Positions 9,937-21,333 are shown, counted from the first letter of the stretch. The stretch is 33,567 nucleotides of DNA from Alphaproteobacteria bacterium (GCA_965261975.1 CBDHEC010000048.1:1-33567); one strand, 5' to 3'. Program-made: numbers and translations. The notes: generated from the letters alone by a model not told the origin.

Positions 9937-9991
9937 AAGACCCGATCTACCCCAGAGTCTACGTGCCCGGACATCTCGTCGCGGAGCCCAA

Positions 9992-11359
9992 TCAGGCGGC
10001 GGCGTGCGCGTAAGCCGATTCGGCGAACAGCCTCTCGGCCGAGGCCGCCAGGGCGGCCTGTTTTTCGACCCGTAGCTTGGGGTCGTAGAGCAGCTTGTCG
10101 TCCTGCTTGACCACCTGTCCGCCGATCATCACCGTGTCGATGTTCGCCGCCGTCGCGTAGAAGACAATGGCGTTTACCGGATCGTGCACGGGTGCCAGGT
10201 TCAGGTCGGTGGCCCGAAGCAGCAGCAAGTCTGCCTGCTTGCCCGGCGTCAGCGAGCCCGTGCGCCCATCCATGCGCAGCGCCCGCGCGCCTTCGATCGT
10301 CGCCCATTCCAACGCCTGGCGCGCGCCGACGGAAACGCCGTCGATCGTTTCGCCGGCGGCGACACGGGCGCCATTGTCGGCCATCCGCTGTGTCTGCAGC
10401 GCGTGGCGCATTACCTGAAACATGTCGCCCGAGAGATAAAGTTCGGTATCCGGGCCGAGCGAAGGTGCGAACCCGCGTGCCAGGACGCGGCCAATGATCG
10501 ACACGTCGTTCGATTGCAGTTCGCATGCCGGCGTGGCGGTAAAAGTTACGCCGGCGTCGAAGAAGACCTCGAATTCCGCCGCGTCGGAGCAGTTTGCGTG
10601 GACGACATTATGGTCGGGGCCGAGCAGACCGGCTGCCGCGATCCCGGCATAGCCCTCCTTCGCCACGCGGCTGGCCTTGTTCCAGACATGTGCGCTGGAA
10701 AGCAGATCAAGATCACGGGCGAGCTGGAAGTCTTGCAGCGAAACTTCGAGCGTGGAGTAGTCGGGTCCCTTGATCGCCAGCGCCATCGTCACCAGCGCGT
10801 CGTCGGTGGCAAGTCGGCCGGTGCGAACGCGCTCGGCATCCTCGCGTGGGTGCGGCACCTCGGTGAACGGCTTGCCGCCTTCCTGCGTTGGCGGCTTGAC
10901 GGAGCCATGTGCGAAGACGGCACGGATGCCGGCCTCCTCCAGCGCATCGATCGAGGCGTCGGTATGGTCCGGCGTGGAATTGTTATGGCACCAGTCGAGC
11001 ACCGTCGTGGTGCCGCCGTCGATCTGGCCGAGCGCGCCGATCAGTCCGCCGAGATAGCTGTCGTGCGGCTGGTAACGCGTTGCAATATTGCCGTGGACGT
11101 TGCGGTGGTAGTCCGGCGATGTCCAGTTGCCCGCAAGCGAGCGCAGGCCCGTTTGCCATAGATGGTGATGTGCGTTGACGAAACCCGGCATCACCAGGCG
11201 ATCCGTCGCGTCGATGATCTCGACATCTTCGCCGACAGCGAGGCCTCGACCGACTTCCCGGATCAAGCCGTCCTCGATCAGGATATCGCCGCCTCGAAGA
11301 ACGCCCAGTGCGGGATCGACCGTAACAACCCAACCATTACTTATGAGCGTGCGCGCCAT
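9992..11359 (-). CDS. Metal-dependent amidohydrolase (deaminase-type, AtzA/SsnA-like)
   Basis: PGFVNAHHHLWQ, GGTTTVLDW, VHAN, LGPD, WATIEGARAL, GSLTPGKQADL. Confidence 0.9.
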   Translation of the reverse strand: MARTLISNGWVVTVDPALGVLRGGDILIEDGLIREVGRGLAVGEDVEIIDATDRLVMPGFVNAHHHLWQTGLRSLAGNWTSPDYHRNVHGNIATRYQPHDSYLGGLIGALGQIDGGTTTVLDWCHNNSTPDHTDASIDALEEAGIRAVFAHGSVKPPTQEGGKPFTEVPHPREDAERVRTGRLATDDALVTMALAIKGPDYSTLEVSLQDFQLARDLDLLSSAHVWNKASRVAKEGYAGIAAAGLLGPDHNVVHANCSDAAEFEVFFDAGVTFTATPACELQSNDVSIIGRVLARGFAPSLGPDTELYLSGDMFQVMRHALQTQRMADNGARVAAGETIDGVSVGARQALEWATIEGARALRMDGRTGSLTPGKQADLLLLRATDLNLAPVHDPVNAIVFYATAANIDTVMIGGQVVKQDDKLLYDPKLRVEKQAALAASAERLFAESAYAHAAA

Positions 11360-11613
11360 GCCGATCTCCTCTGACCATTGGACCTGTTGTCGTCACAAAA
11401 TCCGAACGATTTCACGATAGGGTCTGGTGACGCGGCGGTAAAGATTGCAGCTGCCTGCCCCGAAAAGAACAGCCATAACCAGACATCGGATATTGCCTGT
11501 CCGGATCGGGGTGACTTTCCGTCGTGAATGGCAGGGCTGCACTGGATGGGAATCAGCGTCTAAAACCTGTCGTCCAGTATCAACCTGCCGCAGTATTGCT
11601 CGGCTTGCCGACC

Positions 11614-12240
11614 CTATCGCGCAGCACGAAACATGGGGGTTAATGCCGGCGCATCGCCAGCGCGAAACTCTCCGACCACTTCGAACCCAAACCCCTCATA
11701 GAAGGGTATATTCGCAGGGTCCGACGATTCCAGATACGCCGCGACATGGGCCTCGTCACAGACCTCGAGCCCGCGCGCCAACAGCGCCGCGCCATGCCCC
11801 TTGCCCTGGAGTACCGGCTCAACGCCGAGGGATGGCAGGTACCAGTGGGCTTCCTCCGGATGCGACGCACTCACCTGCTCGAGGACACCGAACACCTCGG
11901 CCTGGTTCTCGACGGCGACGGCCTCTTCCATGACCGCCTCCATTCCTTCCTCGTTGGGCTTGATGCCGGGGGGCAGCCACAGTGCCGCCGCCATAAAATC
12001 TTCCGACCGGTAGGCCGAACCCTGATCGAACGCGCCGCCACCGAAATGGCGGAGCAGCTGCGGGAAGTAGTGAAAATAGGTCGTGGCATCGGGCAACATC
12101 CAGCGGACAAAAGGATCCGCGACGAAGGCCGCGACCAGGCTCGCGATCAACCGATCACGCTCGTCCGGTGACGCGCGATGCACCGATATCGAGGCTGTCC
12201 TTGACCCAGGGTCGCGCCGTGGGTTGTCGTTCTTTGCCAT
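11614..12240 (-). CDS. GNAT family N-acetyltransferase
   Basis: HWYLPSLGVEPVLQGKGHGAALL and AYLESS...NIPFYEGFGF. GAGGT RBS upstream of ATG 12240. Confidence 0.88.
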   Translation of the reverse strand: MAKNDNPRRDPGSRTASISVHRASPDERDRLIASLVAAFVADPFVRWMLPDATTYFHYFPQLLRHFGGGAFDQGSAYRSEDFMAAALWLPPGIKPNEEGMEAVMEEAVAVENQAEVFGVLEQVSASHPEEAHWYLPSLGVEPVLQGKGHGAALLARGLEVCDEAHVAAYLESSDPANIPFYEGFGFEVVGEFRAGDAPALTPMFRAAR

Positions 12241-12291
12241 ACTAACAACCACCTCGTAGGAGATCCCGGCGTCGTGCAGGCGCTGTCTTCG

Positions 12292-13074
12292 TCAGTCCGT
12301 AGATTTCGGCACTTCGATCCCGCCCTCGACCGGCTCCTGGCCGAGATTTCGGATCAGGTCCGCGAGCCGTACCGCGGCTTCGTCGAGACGCGCCTGATCG
12401 GGCCCGCGTAGCACCAGGTTTGAACCCGGTTTGCCGCCGAAGAAGAACGGATAGCTCCCGATATCGATGTCCGGATAGGCGTCCTGCAGGAGCGACAGCT
12501 CGGTCGCAATCTGGCCCTCGGGCACATAGCTACCGACGGTCACCGACAGCAATGTCACGCCGCGTTTGAGCTGGGGTTTCACGCCCTCGAACATCGCCTG
12601 CATGATCCTCGGGACACCTGCCATCACATAGACATTCTCGACCCGGAACCCCGGCGCACCGCTGACCGGGTTGTCGACCAGTTCGGCGAATTCCGGCGTC
12701 TCGGCCATCTTCAGCCGCGCCTCGGTCGCCTCGACACCCATCTCTTTCATCCGCGCACGCAGGATGCGTTCGGCTTCGGGATGGCGGATCAGTTTCTGAT
12801 CGAACGCCTTGGCGACGCAGGCCGCCGTGATGTCGTCATGGGTGGGGCCGATGCCGCCGGTCGTGAACACATAGTCATACTTGGCCCGCAAGGCATCGAG
12901 TGCGGCGATGATCTCGACCTCGATATCCGCCACCACCCGCGCCTCGAGAAGCTGAATACCCAGCAAGTTCAGTTCGGTGCCCAGGAATGCGAGGTTCGCA
13001 TCCTTGGTGCGGCCAGAGAGTATCTCGTTCCCGATGATCAGGACCGCTGCGGTCACGCGATTGGAGTCACTCAT
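12292..13074 (-). CDS. Competence/damage-inducible protein A, N-terminal molybdopterin-binding (CinA-like) protein
   Basis: IIGNEILSGRTKDAN, TTGGIGPTHDDIT, NPVSGAPGF, MAGVP, IGSYPF. Confidence 0.9.
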   Translation of the reverse strand: MSDSNRVTAAVLIIGNEILSGRTKDANLAFLGTELNLLGIQLLEARVVADIEVEIIAALDALRAKYDYVFTTGGIGPTHDDITAACVAKAFDQKLIRHPEAERILRARMKEMGVEATEARLKMAETPEFAELVDNPVSGAPGFRVENVYVMAGVPRIMQAMFEGVKPQLKRGVTLLSVTVGSYVPEGQIATELSLLQDAYPDIDIGSYPFFFGGKPGSNLVLRGPDQARLDEAAVRLADLIRNLGQEPVEGGIEVPKSTD

Positions 13075-13115
13075 ATTCCGTCGTTATCCCTTTGCTGGAG
13101 TTTGTCTGGTCGGCG

Positions 13116-13427
13116 TCAGGTTTTCGGGTGCACGTAACCGCGCGCCGCCATGCAGCGGCTGAAGATGCTGTCGAAGGAACGGGCGGCGCTGCGATCGCGG
13201 GATTCCGAGATAATCGAACGCGTATCCTCCCGGCCACCGCGTGTCGAACCGCGGATATCGCGCGTGAAGCTTTCGTTGCGACCCATCGCACTTTCCGCCT
13301 GGCGGCGGCAGGCCGCCTGATCGGCGCGCACCTGTTCCTGGCTCGCGCCCTCCTTGACCCAGGCAGCACTCGTCCCCCCGCACGCCGCGAGCGAAAGAAC
13401 GAATATCAGGGGCAGAACTGTTTTCAT
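13116..13427 (-). CDS. Hypothetical lipoprotein
   Basis: Signal peptide with LAAC lipobox. W.K.G....Q...D...C and CMAARGY pattern. Confidence 0.7.
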   Translation of the reverse strand: MKTVLPLIFVLSLAACGGTSAAWVKEGASQEQVRADQAACRRQAESAMGRNESFTRDIRGSTRGGREDTRSIISESRDRSAARSFDSIFSRCMAARGYVHPKT

Positions 13428-13550
13428 GCGTCTGATTCCTTACAGGGCCGGTCCGTCGAACTATCATGCACCCAAAGGACAGTCAAAAAAACACAATGAC
13501 TGGATGGTTGGCTTGATCATCACTGGCCGGCTTCATACCTTGCCGCCATC

Positions 13551-14276
13551 ATGCAGTTTCCCGACCCGCTTATTCCCGGCCGCCTGACCCAGCGCTACAA
13601 GCGCTTTCTGTCTGATATCGAGATCACCGGTGACGACGGGACGCCGACAGAGATAACCGCACATTGCCCCAATCCCGGTGCGATGCTCGGCCTTAAGGAG
13701 CCCGGCTCCGATGTCTGGGTCTCGCCCGCCCGCAACCCGAACCGCAAACTCAAATACACCTGGGAGATCATCCGCGTCGGAACCCATCATGTGGGGATCA
13801 ATACGGCGCTCCCCAACGCCCTCGTCGACGAGGCGATCGGTGCGGGACGTATCGCCGAGCTGACCAGCTATGGAAGCCGCCGCCGCGAGGTTCGATATGG
13901 CGAGAATTCCCGCATCGACATCCTGCTCGAAGAGCCTGGCCGGCCGGACTGCTATGTCGAGGTCAAGAATGTGCATCTGAAGCGCGCCGAAACGGTCGGT
14001 ATCGGCGCGGCGGAGTTCCCCGACAGCGTCACCAAGCGCGGCGCCAAGCATCTGCGAGAGTTGGCGAACGCCGTCGAGGCCGGCGCCCGGGCGGTCATGT
14101 TCTATGTGGTGCAACGCGATGATTGTGACCATTTCCGCCTCGCCGGCGACATCGACCCCGACTATGCGGCCGCATTCGCGGACGCCCGGCATCGAGGGGT
14201 TGAGGCGATTTGCTATGCGTGCGACGTTTCGCCCGAACGCATCGAGATCACCCGGCCCTTGCCGATTGATATTTGA
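13551..14276 (+). CDS. sfsA: DNA/RNA nuclease SfsA (sugar fermentation stimulation protein)
   Basis: RYKRFL.D, AHCPNPGAM, RKLKYTWE, SRIDILL, YVEVKNV, FPDSVTKRGAKHLREL. Confidence 0.95.
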   Translation: MQFPDPLIPGRLTQRYKRFLSDIEITGDDGTPTEITAHCPNPGAMLGLKEPGSDVWVSPARNPNRKLKYTWEIIRVGTHHVGINTALPNALVDEAIGAGRIAELTSYGSRRREVRYGENSRIDILLEEPGRPDCYVEVKNVHLKRAETVGIGAAEFPDSVTKRGAKHLRELANAVEAGARAVMFYVVQRDDCDHFRLAGDIDPDYAAAFADARHRGVEAICYACDVSPERIEITRPLPIDI

Positions 14277-14309
14277 TTTCAGACCACCGACCGGCAGCCG
14301 ATACAGAAG

Positions 14310-15128
14310 ATGACCGACACGCAATCCGCATCCCTCGATTCCGAAGCGCGCCGCATCCGCATCCATGATGCCGATGCCTTCGAAGGCATGCGCCATGCCG
14401 GAAAACTCGCTGCGGAGACGCTCGATCATGTGACCCCGCACGTGGTGCCTGGAGTCACGACCGAGGAACTCGACCGGCTATGCCACGAGTTCATCCTCGA
14501 CCATGGAGCGATCCCCGCGCCACTGGGATACCGCGGCTTCCCGAAATCTATCTGCACCTCGGTGAACCACGTCGTCTGCCACGGCATTCCCGGCGAAAAA
14601 CGGCTCACCAACGGCGACATCGTCAATATTGACGTCACGGTCATCCTCGACGGCTGGCACGGCGACACGAGCCGGATGTACAACGTCGGGAAGGTGAAAC
14701 GGCTCGCCGAGCGGCTGGTCGACGTGACCCATCAGGCGCTGTGGGAAGGCATCAATATCGTTCGCCCCGGCACGACGGTCGGCGATATCGGCCACGCCAT
14801 TCAGACCTATGTCGAGGCGGAACGCTTCTCCGTGGTGCGGGACTTCTGCGGGCACGGCCTCGGGCAGGTGTTCCACGATGCGCCGTCGATCCTGCATTTC
14901 GGCCAGCCGGGAACCGGGCCCGAGTTACGCGAGGGCATGTTTTTCACGATCGAGCCGATGGTCAATGTCGGCCGTTTTGACGTGAAAATCCTGGGTGACG
15001 GCTGGACTGCCGTGACCAAGGACCGCTCCCTGTCGGCGCAGTTCGAGCATTCGATCGGCGTGACTGCCGATGGCTGCGAAATCTTCACCCATTCGCCAAA
15101 GGGTTGGGACAAACCGCCCTACGACTGA
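14310..15128 (+). CDS. map: Methionine aminopeptidase type I
   Basis: FPKSICTSVNHVVCHGIP, NIDVTVILDGWHGDTSR, FCGHGLG, FTIEPM, SAQFEH. Confidence 0.97.
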   Translation: MTDTQSASLDSEARRIRIHDADAFEGMRHAGKLAAETLDHVTPHVVPGVTTEELDRLCHEFILDHGAIPAPLGYRGFPKSICTSVNHVVCHGIPGEKRLTNGDIVNIDVTVILDGWHGDTSRMYNVGKVKRLAERLVDVTHQALWEGINIVRPGTTVGDIGHAIQTYVEAERFSVVRDFCGHGLGQVFHDAPSILHFGQPGTGPELREGMFFTIEPMVNVGRFDVKILGDGWTAVTKDRSLSAQFEHSIGVTADGCEIFTHSPKGWDKPPYD

Positions 15129-15144
15129 TGGCGCCGACGACCCC

Positions 15145-15834
15145 ATGGCCGCGCCCCCGAACCAGAATAGTCAGCAACACCATCGCAGCCGACTTCGCGA
15201 ACGTTTTGCTGTCGATGACGGCGCGTCGATGCCGGACTATGAGCTGCTCGAGCTCATCCTGTTCAGCGCCATTCCCCGCCGTGACACCAAACCTCTCGCC
15301 AAGCGGCTGATCGAGCGCTTCGGCAGCCTGGCCGGTGTACTGGCCGCCGATCGCGCAGATATCATCCTAGTCGACGGCGCCGGGCCAGGGGTCGCCGGGC
15401 TGATCAAAACCGTGCACCAGGCCGGCATTCGCCAGGCACGCGAAGACCTACATGAACGCCAGATCCTCGATTCCTGGGACAAGGTCCTGGATTACTGCCG
15501 CGCGGCGATCGGTCATCTGTCACGCGAGAGCTTCCATGTTCTGTTTCTGGACCGCAAGAACGGCCTGATCGCCGCCGAGCAGCAAAGCATGGGCACGGTG
15601 GACCAGACATCCGTGTATCCGCGCGAGGTTATCAAGCGCGCGCTCGAGCTCAACGCCAGCGCGCTCGTGATGATCCACAACCATCCCTCGGGCGACCCCA
15701 CGCCGAGCGACGCCGACATCGAGATTACGCGCGCGGTCGAGACCGCCGGACAAAGCCTCGGGGTGGCCTTACATGATCATGTGATTATCGCGCGAGGCCG
15801 ACACGCCAGCCTGCGCGCACTGGGGGTTATCTGA
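15145..15834 (+). CDS. radC: RadC/JAB domain protein (UPF0758)
   Basis: HRSRLRERF, DYELLELIL, GTVDQTSVYPREV, HNHPSGDPTPSDAD, LHDHVII. Confidence 0.93.
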   Translation: MAAPPNQNSQQHHRSRLRERFAVDDGASMPDYELLELILFSAIPRRDTKPLAKRLIERFGSLAGVLAADRADIILVDGAGPGVAGLIKTVHQAGIRQAREDLHERQILDSWDKVLDYCRAAIGHLSRESFHVLFLDRKNGLIAAEQQSMGTVDQTSVYPREVIKRALELNASALVMIHNHPSGDPTPSDADIEITRAVETAGQSLGVALHDHVIIARGRHASLRALGVI

Positions 15835-15849
15835 GCAGCCGGAATCGCC

Positions 15850-15972
15850 TTATGCGGTGGCAATCACAACCAGGCAAACCACAAACACCCGGCGCAAAAC
15901 ACCCGGCCAGCGGCTTTGCTTCTTGAAGATCGTCCGGCGCGCCGGGATCGTTCCTGAGTAGGTCACAGACAT
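15850..15972 (-). CDS. Candidate small protein (40 aa), basic with a hydrophobic C-terminus
   Basis: Manual translation MSVTYSGTIPARRTIFKKQSRWPGVLRRVFVVCLVVIATA. GAGG/GAGAG upstream. Fills the radC-purB gap downstream of a CtrA-like box. Confidence 0.35.
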   Translation of the reverse strand: MSVTYSGTIPARRTIFKKQSRWPGVLRRVFVVCLVVIATA

Positions 15973-16017
15973 CGTGTCTCTCGCCTCATGCGTGTGCGAT
16001 AACATCGCTCCGAACCC

Positions 16018-16044
16018 GTTAAAGCTCCGTTAAGGTGTATTAAC
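16018..16044 (-). promoter_or_regulatory. CtrA-like binding site (TTAA-N7-TTAAC) plus an extra half-site
   Basis: Minus strand 16033->16018 reads TTAA-CGGAGCT-TTAAC, an exact CtrA consensus. A third TTAAC lies at 16040-16044 (+). Confidence 0.6.
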
Positions 16045-16192
16045 GGTACCCCTGTGTGAGCGCCAATTTACTTGTCACAGGCCGGGCGCCGGAAAAGCCC
16101 GTCCACAACCCCCGACTCGCCTGAGCGGGGTATCACTCGCTGGTCAGCATTTTTGATCGATCAACACACCCAATTCGCGAAAGCCTGCACGC

Positions 16193-17506
<1,314 letters not shown>

Positions 17507-17519
17507 ACCGGCAACGCCG

Positions 17520-17852
17520 ATGAGTGACAACCGGCTGCCAACCGATCTCTGGGTCAGCGCCGGCCTGCGCCAAGCCTCCGATGACAATGTACCAATCGCG
17601 GTCGTGCGCAAGGGCGAACGCCAGTCGGGCACGGTGATCCTGAAGCTCAATCAGCTCGATCGGGGCTGCCGCATCCTGACCCAGACGCGGGACCTGGACG
17701 GAAACCTGACCTGGTTTCCCGCCCTGGACGGCGCGGCCATCCCGGAGTCAGACGCAGATGCCTACATCGAACGTGCGGTCGCGCGCGACCCGGATATCTG
17801 GGTGATCGAGATCGAGCACCGCGAGGGATGGCACCCCTACGACATATTCTAG
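17520..17852 (+). CDS. DUF1491 family protein
   Basis: RLPTDLWVSA..R, VVRKG...SG, DPDIWVIEIE motifs. Confidence 0.85.
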   Translation: MSDNRLPTDLWVSAGLRQASDDNVPIAVVRKGERQSGTVILKLNQLDRGCRILTQTRDLDGNLTWFPALDGAAIPESDADAYIERAVARDPDIWVIEIEHREGWHPYDIF

Positions 17853-17880
17853 CCGACGGCCGTTTTCGCCGGTTGCGAGG

Positions 17881-18174
17881 CTACTCCAGCCCCTCGGCGA
17901 ACCGCAGATCGCGGGTCACGCCGTCACCGAGCAATTTCAAGGCGTCCTGATAGGCCGCACTGTCATGTGTCGCGACAGCTGCGTCGAGGGACGGAAACTC
18001 GATGACCGTCGTGCGTTCCTTGATTCCCGCCTCATAGACCCGCGCGGCCGGGCCGCGAGCGAGAAACTTGCCGCCGCCGGCAGCGATCGCGGGCCCGGCG
18101 AGTTCCAGATAGGCCGCGAGTTTCTCCGCGTCGTGAATCTCGCGATACGCCGCGATCCAATAAGCCTTGGCCAT
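17881..18174 (-). CDS. DUF1330 domain protein
   Basis: AYWIA, GGKFLARG, VIEFPSLDAA...SAAYQ.A. Confidence 0.88.
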   Translation of the reverse strand: MAKAYWIAAYREIHDAEKLAAYLELAGPAIAAGGGKFLARGPAARVYEAGIKERTTVIEFPSLDAAVATHDSAAYQDALKLLGDGVTRDLRFAEGLE

Positions 18175-18203
18175 TGCGCTTTCTCCGGTTGGGATGTGGC
18201 GGA

Positions 18204-19013
18204 CTATACGGTTTTCTCGGCCTCGGCCAGGAAATCACCAATCGCCGCGTTCCATTTTTCGGGATGCCGACGGTAGGAGTAGTGCCCACCATCCTCGAAC
18301 ATCATAATTTGCGATCCGGGAATGGCCGCGTGCAGATCTTCCGCGAAGTAGTAGGGGATCGTCGCGTCATCAACCGTGCCGACCACGAGCGACGGCCGGT
18401 CGATCGCCTTGATCTCGTCCGTGCGGTCATGGGCCAGCATCATGTCGAGACGCGCCGCCAGAATTTCCACCGGTCCGACGGTCTCCAGGGCCCGGCGTTC
18501 GAGCTCCATGACGGCATCAAGATTGTGGCGGAACTGATTGGCGCCGGACGTAAACATCGACGAGACCTTCACATACTCCTCGGGGCCGTAGGATTCCGCG
18601 ATGCGTTTGCGGGTCAGCGCGACCCGGGTGATGAACTCATCTGCCGTCACCCAGGTGTTGTTGAAGATGCACGCGCGCACCCGGTCGGGATGATCGAGCG
18701 CGAGATTCTGCAGTATGCAACCACCCGTCGACGTGCCGACAATATGCGCCTTGTCGATACCGAGCGTGTTCATCAACGCGATGACATCGTCGGCGATCGC
18801 CTGTGTCGAATAGGCACCCGGCCCGGTGGGCTTGTCGCTTTCTCCCGTCCCCCGGTGATCGAAAGTCACGCAGCGGTAGTTCTGGGCAAAATGCTCGAGC
18901 TGAAACGACCAGGCGTCATACAGGCCGACCAGCCCGGGAATGAAGATGAACGCCGGCCCCTCACCCATGTCGGCGCAATTCAAGGTGATATGTCCGATAT
19001 CGATCCGCATCAT
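18204..19013 (-). CDS. Alpha/beta fold hydrolase (RutD/PcaD-like)
   Basis: FDHRGTGES, nucleophile elbow GTSTGG, VVGTVDD, GGHY. Confidence 0.85.
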   Translation of the reverse strand: MMRIDIGHITLNCADMGEGPAFIFIPGLVGLYDAWSFQLEHFAQNYRCVTFDHRGTGESDKPTGPGAYSTQAIADDVIALMNTLGIDKAHIVGTSTGGCILQNLALDHPDRVRACIFNNTWVTADEFITRVALTRKRIAESYGPEEYVKVSSMFTSGANQFRHNLDAVMELERRALETVGPVEILAARLDMMLAHDRTDEIKAIDRPSLVVGTVDDATIPYYFAEDLHAAIPGSQIMMFEDGGHYSYRRHPEKWNAAIGDFLAEAEKTV

Positions 19014-19022
19014 AAACGCCGC

Positions 19023-19622
19023 CTACTTGTCGTCGAAGGAGATGCCGCTGGCGATCTCCAGCATGGGTTCTTCAAGGGGGACACGCAGACCGTCATTCAG
19101 GCGATTCAGCAACCCCATCGCCGCCGCGACAATCGTTACCTCGGTCCGCTCCTGTGCGTTCGTGTGCGCCATGAAATTCGAGACGACATCCTGGGGGATC
19201 GCGCCGGCATCGACCGTCAACGCCTCGCTGTAGGCCAGAATGGCGCGCTCCTTGTCAGAGAAGGCCGGGTGCGAGAGATAATCGTACATATTGTCGATCT
19301 TCTCCTGCTCGACCCCCTGGCTCAGCATCACCCTCACCTGGTGGGCCGAGCAGTAAAGACACGCATTGATGTTCGAGACCTTGCTTCGGATCAGCGCCTT
19401 CATGGGCTTGGGCAGATCGCCATGATCCCACACATCGTCGAGGAACTGGCGCATGGTCGCTCCCAGTTCCGGCGAATTCGCCATCGCGCGCACATTGTTG
19501 GCGACCATGCCGACACGGCCGGACACTCTCTCGGCCGATTTCCGGAACGGTGGTGAGAAATCCTCGTCTTCAACGAGCGGCACGAGACACGTGTGCCCGC
19601 CACCCGGCGTCAGATCATCCAT
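19023..19622 (-). CDS. AhpD/carboxymuconolactone decarboxylase-like protein (CxxC form)
   Basis: KVSNINACLYCSAH motif, FSDKERAIL, LNRLNDGL.V.LE. Start may be slightly downstream. Confidence 0.88.
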   Translation of the reverse strand: MDDLTPGGGHTCLVPLVEDEDFSPPFRKSAERVSGRVGMVANNVRAMANSPELGATMRQFLDDVWDHGDLPKPMKALIRSKVSNINACLYCSAHQVRVMLSQGVEQEKIDNMYDYLSHPAFSDKERAILAYSEALTVDAGAIPQDVVSNFMAHTNAQERTEVTIVAAAMGLLNRLNDGLRVPLEEPMLEIASGISFDDK

Positions 19623-19743
19623 CTTTAAAGCCCCTCAGCTTCTCTTTCGTGGCGTGCAGTCCCCGCCGCCAAATTGCAATGCCGGTCCCTCCGGGAACCG
19701 GCGACCCTGTTATTGACCTTACGCGCCTGGCAGCCCGGCGGCG

Positions 19744-20067
19744 CTATACGCCGTCGTGGACCTGCTGCATCGCTTCGGCGAGAAGCTCGTCCATATGCTT
19801 GCGCACGATATGCTCGGACGTCTCGATGTTCTTGGCCTGCAAGTCACCGAGAACCTTCTCGAGGACGTCGTCGTCGCCCGGGCGTTCGAAATCGGATTTC
19901 ACGACTTCCTGCGCATACACCTGCGCCTCGGCATCGCTCAGCCCCATCAGATCGGCAGCCCATAGTCCCAGCAGCTTGTTGCGTCGCGCGGACGCCTTGA
20001 ACTTGAACTCCTCGTCATGCTTGAACTTGTTTTCGAAGCCTTGCTCGCGCTCGTCAAAAGTCGACAT
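19744..20067 (-). CDS. F1Fo ATPase inhibitor subunit zeta (DUF1476)
   Basis: MSTFDERE..FENKF.HDEE..FKA.ARRNKLLGLWAA and PGDDDV..KV..DL. Typical of alphaproteobacteria. Confidence 0.93.
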   Translation of the reverse strand: MSTFDEREQGFENKFKHDEEFKFKASARRNKLLGLWAADLMGLSDAEAQVYAQEVVKSDFERPGDDDVLEKVLGDLQAKNIETSEHIVRKHMDELLAEAMQQVHDGV

Positions 20068-20154
20068 ATCTAATCTGCTCTCCGTCGCTTACTTGCCGGT
20101 CGTTCTTAGAAGATGGTTATAGTGTTCCATCGCCCCGGAGTGAATTGAAATTTC

Positions 20155-20919
20155 ATGTGTACACTCGTCATTCTTCGCCGCCCCGGCCATGCCTGGCCGC
20201 TCCTTGTCGCGGCCAACCGCGACGAAATGGTCGACCGGGCGTGGAAATCACCGGCGCGACACTGGCCAGATCGCGATGATGTGGTGGCCGGGAGAGACGA
20301 ATTGGCGGGCGGCACATGGTTGGCGCTCAACGATAGTGGCGTCACTGCAGCGATCCTGAATCGCGAGGGGTCCCTCGGCCCTACGGTCGACAAGCGTTCA
20401 CGCGGCGAGCTCGTGCTCGAGGCGGTCGATCACCCGGACGCCGCCGTCGCCGCCGAGGCGATGGCCGAGCTGGATGGCAGCGCGTATCGCTCCTTCAACC
20501 TCATCATCGCCGACAACCGTGACGCCTTCTGGATCAGGGGCACCGAACAGCCGAAGGTCGAGCTGTTCGAGATTCCCCCCGGCCTGCATATGATCACATC
20601 ACGTGAGCTCGACGACGTGGAAAGCGTGCGGATCGGGAGATTTCTTCCCCAATTCCGGGCCGCCGACGAACCGGATGCCGAGGCCGGCGATTGGTCGGCG
20701 TGGGAAAGGCTCTTGGCCACGCGGCTCCATGCCAGCGAAGAAGACCCGCGCGAGACCATGTGTATTGTCACCGACAGGGGCTATGGCACGGTCTCGAGCA
20801 GCCTGCTCGCCCTGCCGTCGGCCGAACGACCCGATACGGAGGCCATCTGGCGATTCGCGCCGGGGCGACCCGACACGAACCCCTATGAGAATGTGATCCT
20901 GTCTTTGGGTGCGCAATGA
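20155..20919 (+). CDS. NRDE family (TANGO2-like) protein
   Basis: N-terminal MC, AANRDE, GRD..AGGTWL, SRGELV, FNL, YGTVSS. Confidence 0.92.
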   Translation: MCTLVILRRPGHAWPLLVAANRDEMVDRAWKSPARHWPDRDDVVAGRDELAGGTWLALNDSGVTAAILNREGSLGPTVDKRSRGELVLEAVDHPDAAVAAEAMAELDGSAYRSFNLIIADNRDAFWIRGTEQPKVELFEIPPGLHMITSRELDDVESVRIGRFLPQFRAADEPDAEAGDWSAWERLLATRLHASEEDPRETMCIVTDRGYGTVSSSLLALPSAERPDTEAIWRFAPGRPDTNPYENVILSLGAQ

Positions 20920-21299
20920 AAGTCAGATCGCTCGACCACCTGGTACTGACCGTCGCCTCGATCGAAACCACATGCGCGTTCTATACGCGGTCGCTGGGCA
21001 TGGACGTCGTGACATTCGCCGACGGACGCTACGCGCTGCAGTTCGGTGATCAGAAGATCAATCTGCATCAGGCCGGTCATGAGTTCGAACCCAAAGCCGA
21101 GAGGCCGACTCCCGGCAGCGGCGATCTGTGTTTCCTGACGGATACACCCGTGGAACAGCTTATCTCGCACCTCGCATCACTGGACATCGAGATCATTCAG
21201 GGCCCGGTGCCGCGCACAGGCGCTACCGGGTCGCTGACTTCGGTGTATTTCCGGGACCCCGACGGGAATCTCATAGAGGTTGCCAACGCAGATGGGTAA
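20916..21299 (+). CDS. VOC/glyoxalase family protein (YaeR-like)
   Basis: LDHLVLTV, QKINLH, PGSGDLCF, GPVPRTGA, SVYFRDPDGNLIE. ATGA overlap with the NRDE gene. Confidence 0.9.
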   Translation: MKVRSLDHLVLTVASIETTCAFYTRSLGMDVVTFADGRYALQFGDQKINLHQAGHEFEPKAERPTPGSGDLCFLTDTPVEQLISHLASLDIEIIQGPVPRTGATGSLTSVYFRDPDGNLIEVANADG

Positions 21300-21333
21300 T
21301 ATGCGTCGACCAACACCAGGGATTGGATAAACC

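Noticed and set aside
15145-15834. radC as a marker of a mobile element
   Set aside because: It is the full-length chromosomal type in the usual map-radC context.
18174-19556. 460-aa plus-strand ORF, and similar long antisense ORFs (10184-11161, 8118-9143, 13533-14441, 23643-24539)
   Set aside because: They are antisense to well-supported genes, have no recognisable motifs, and are expected in high-GC DNA.
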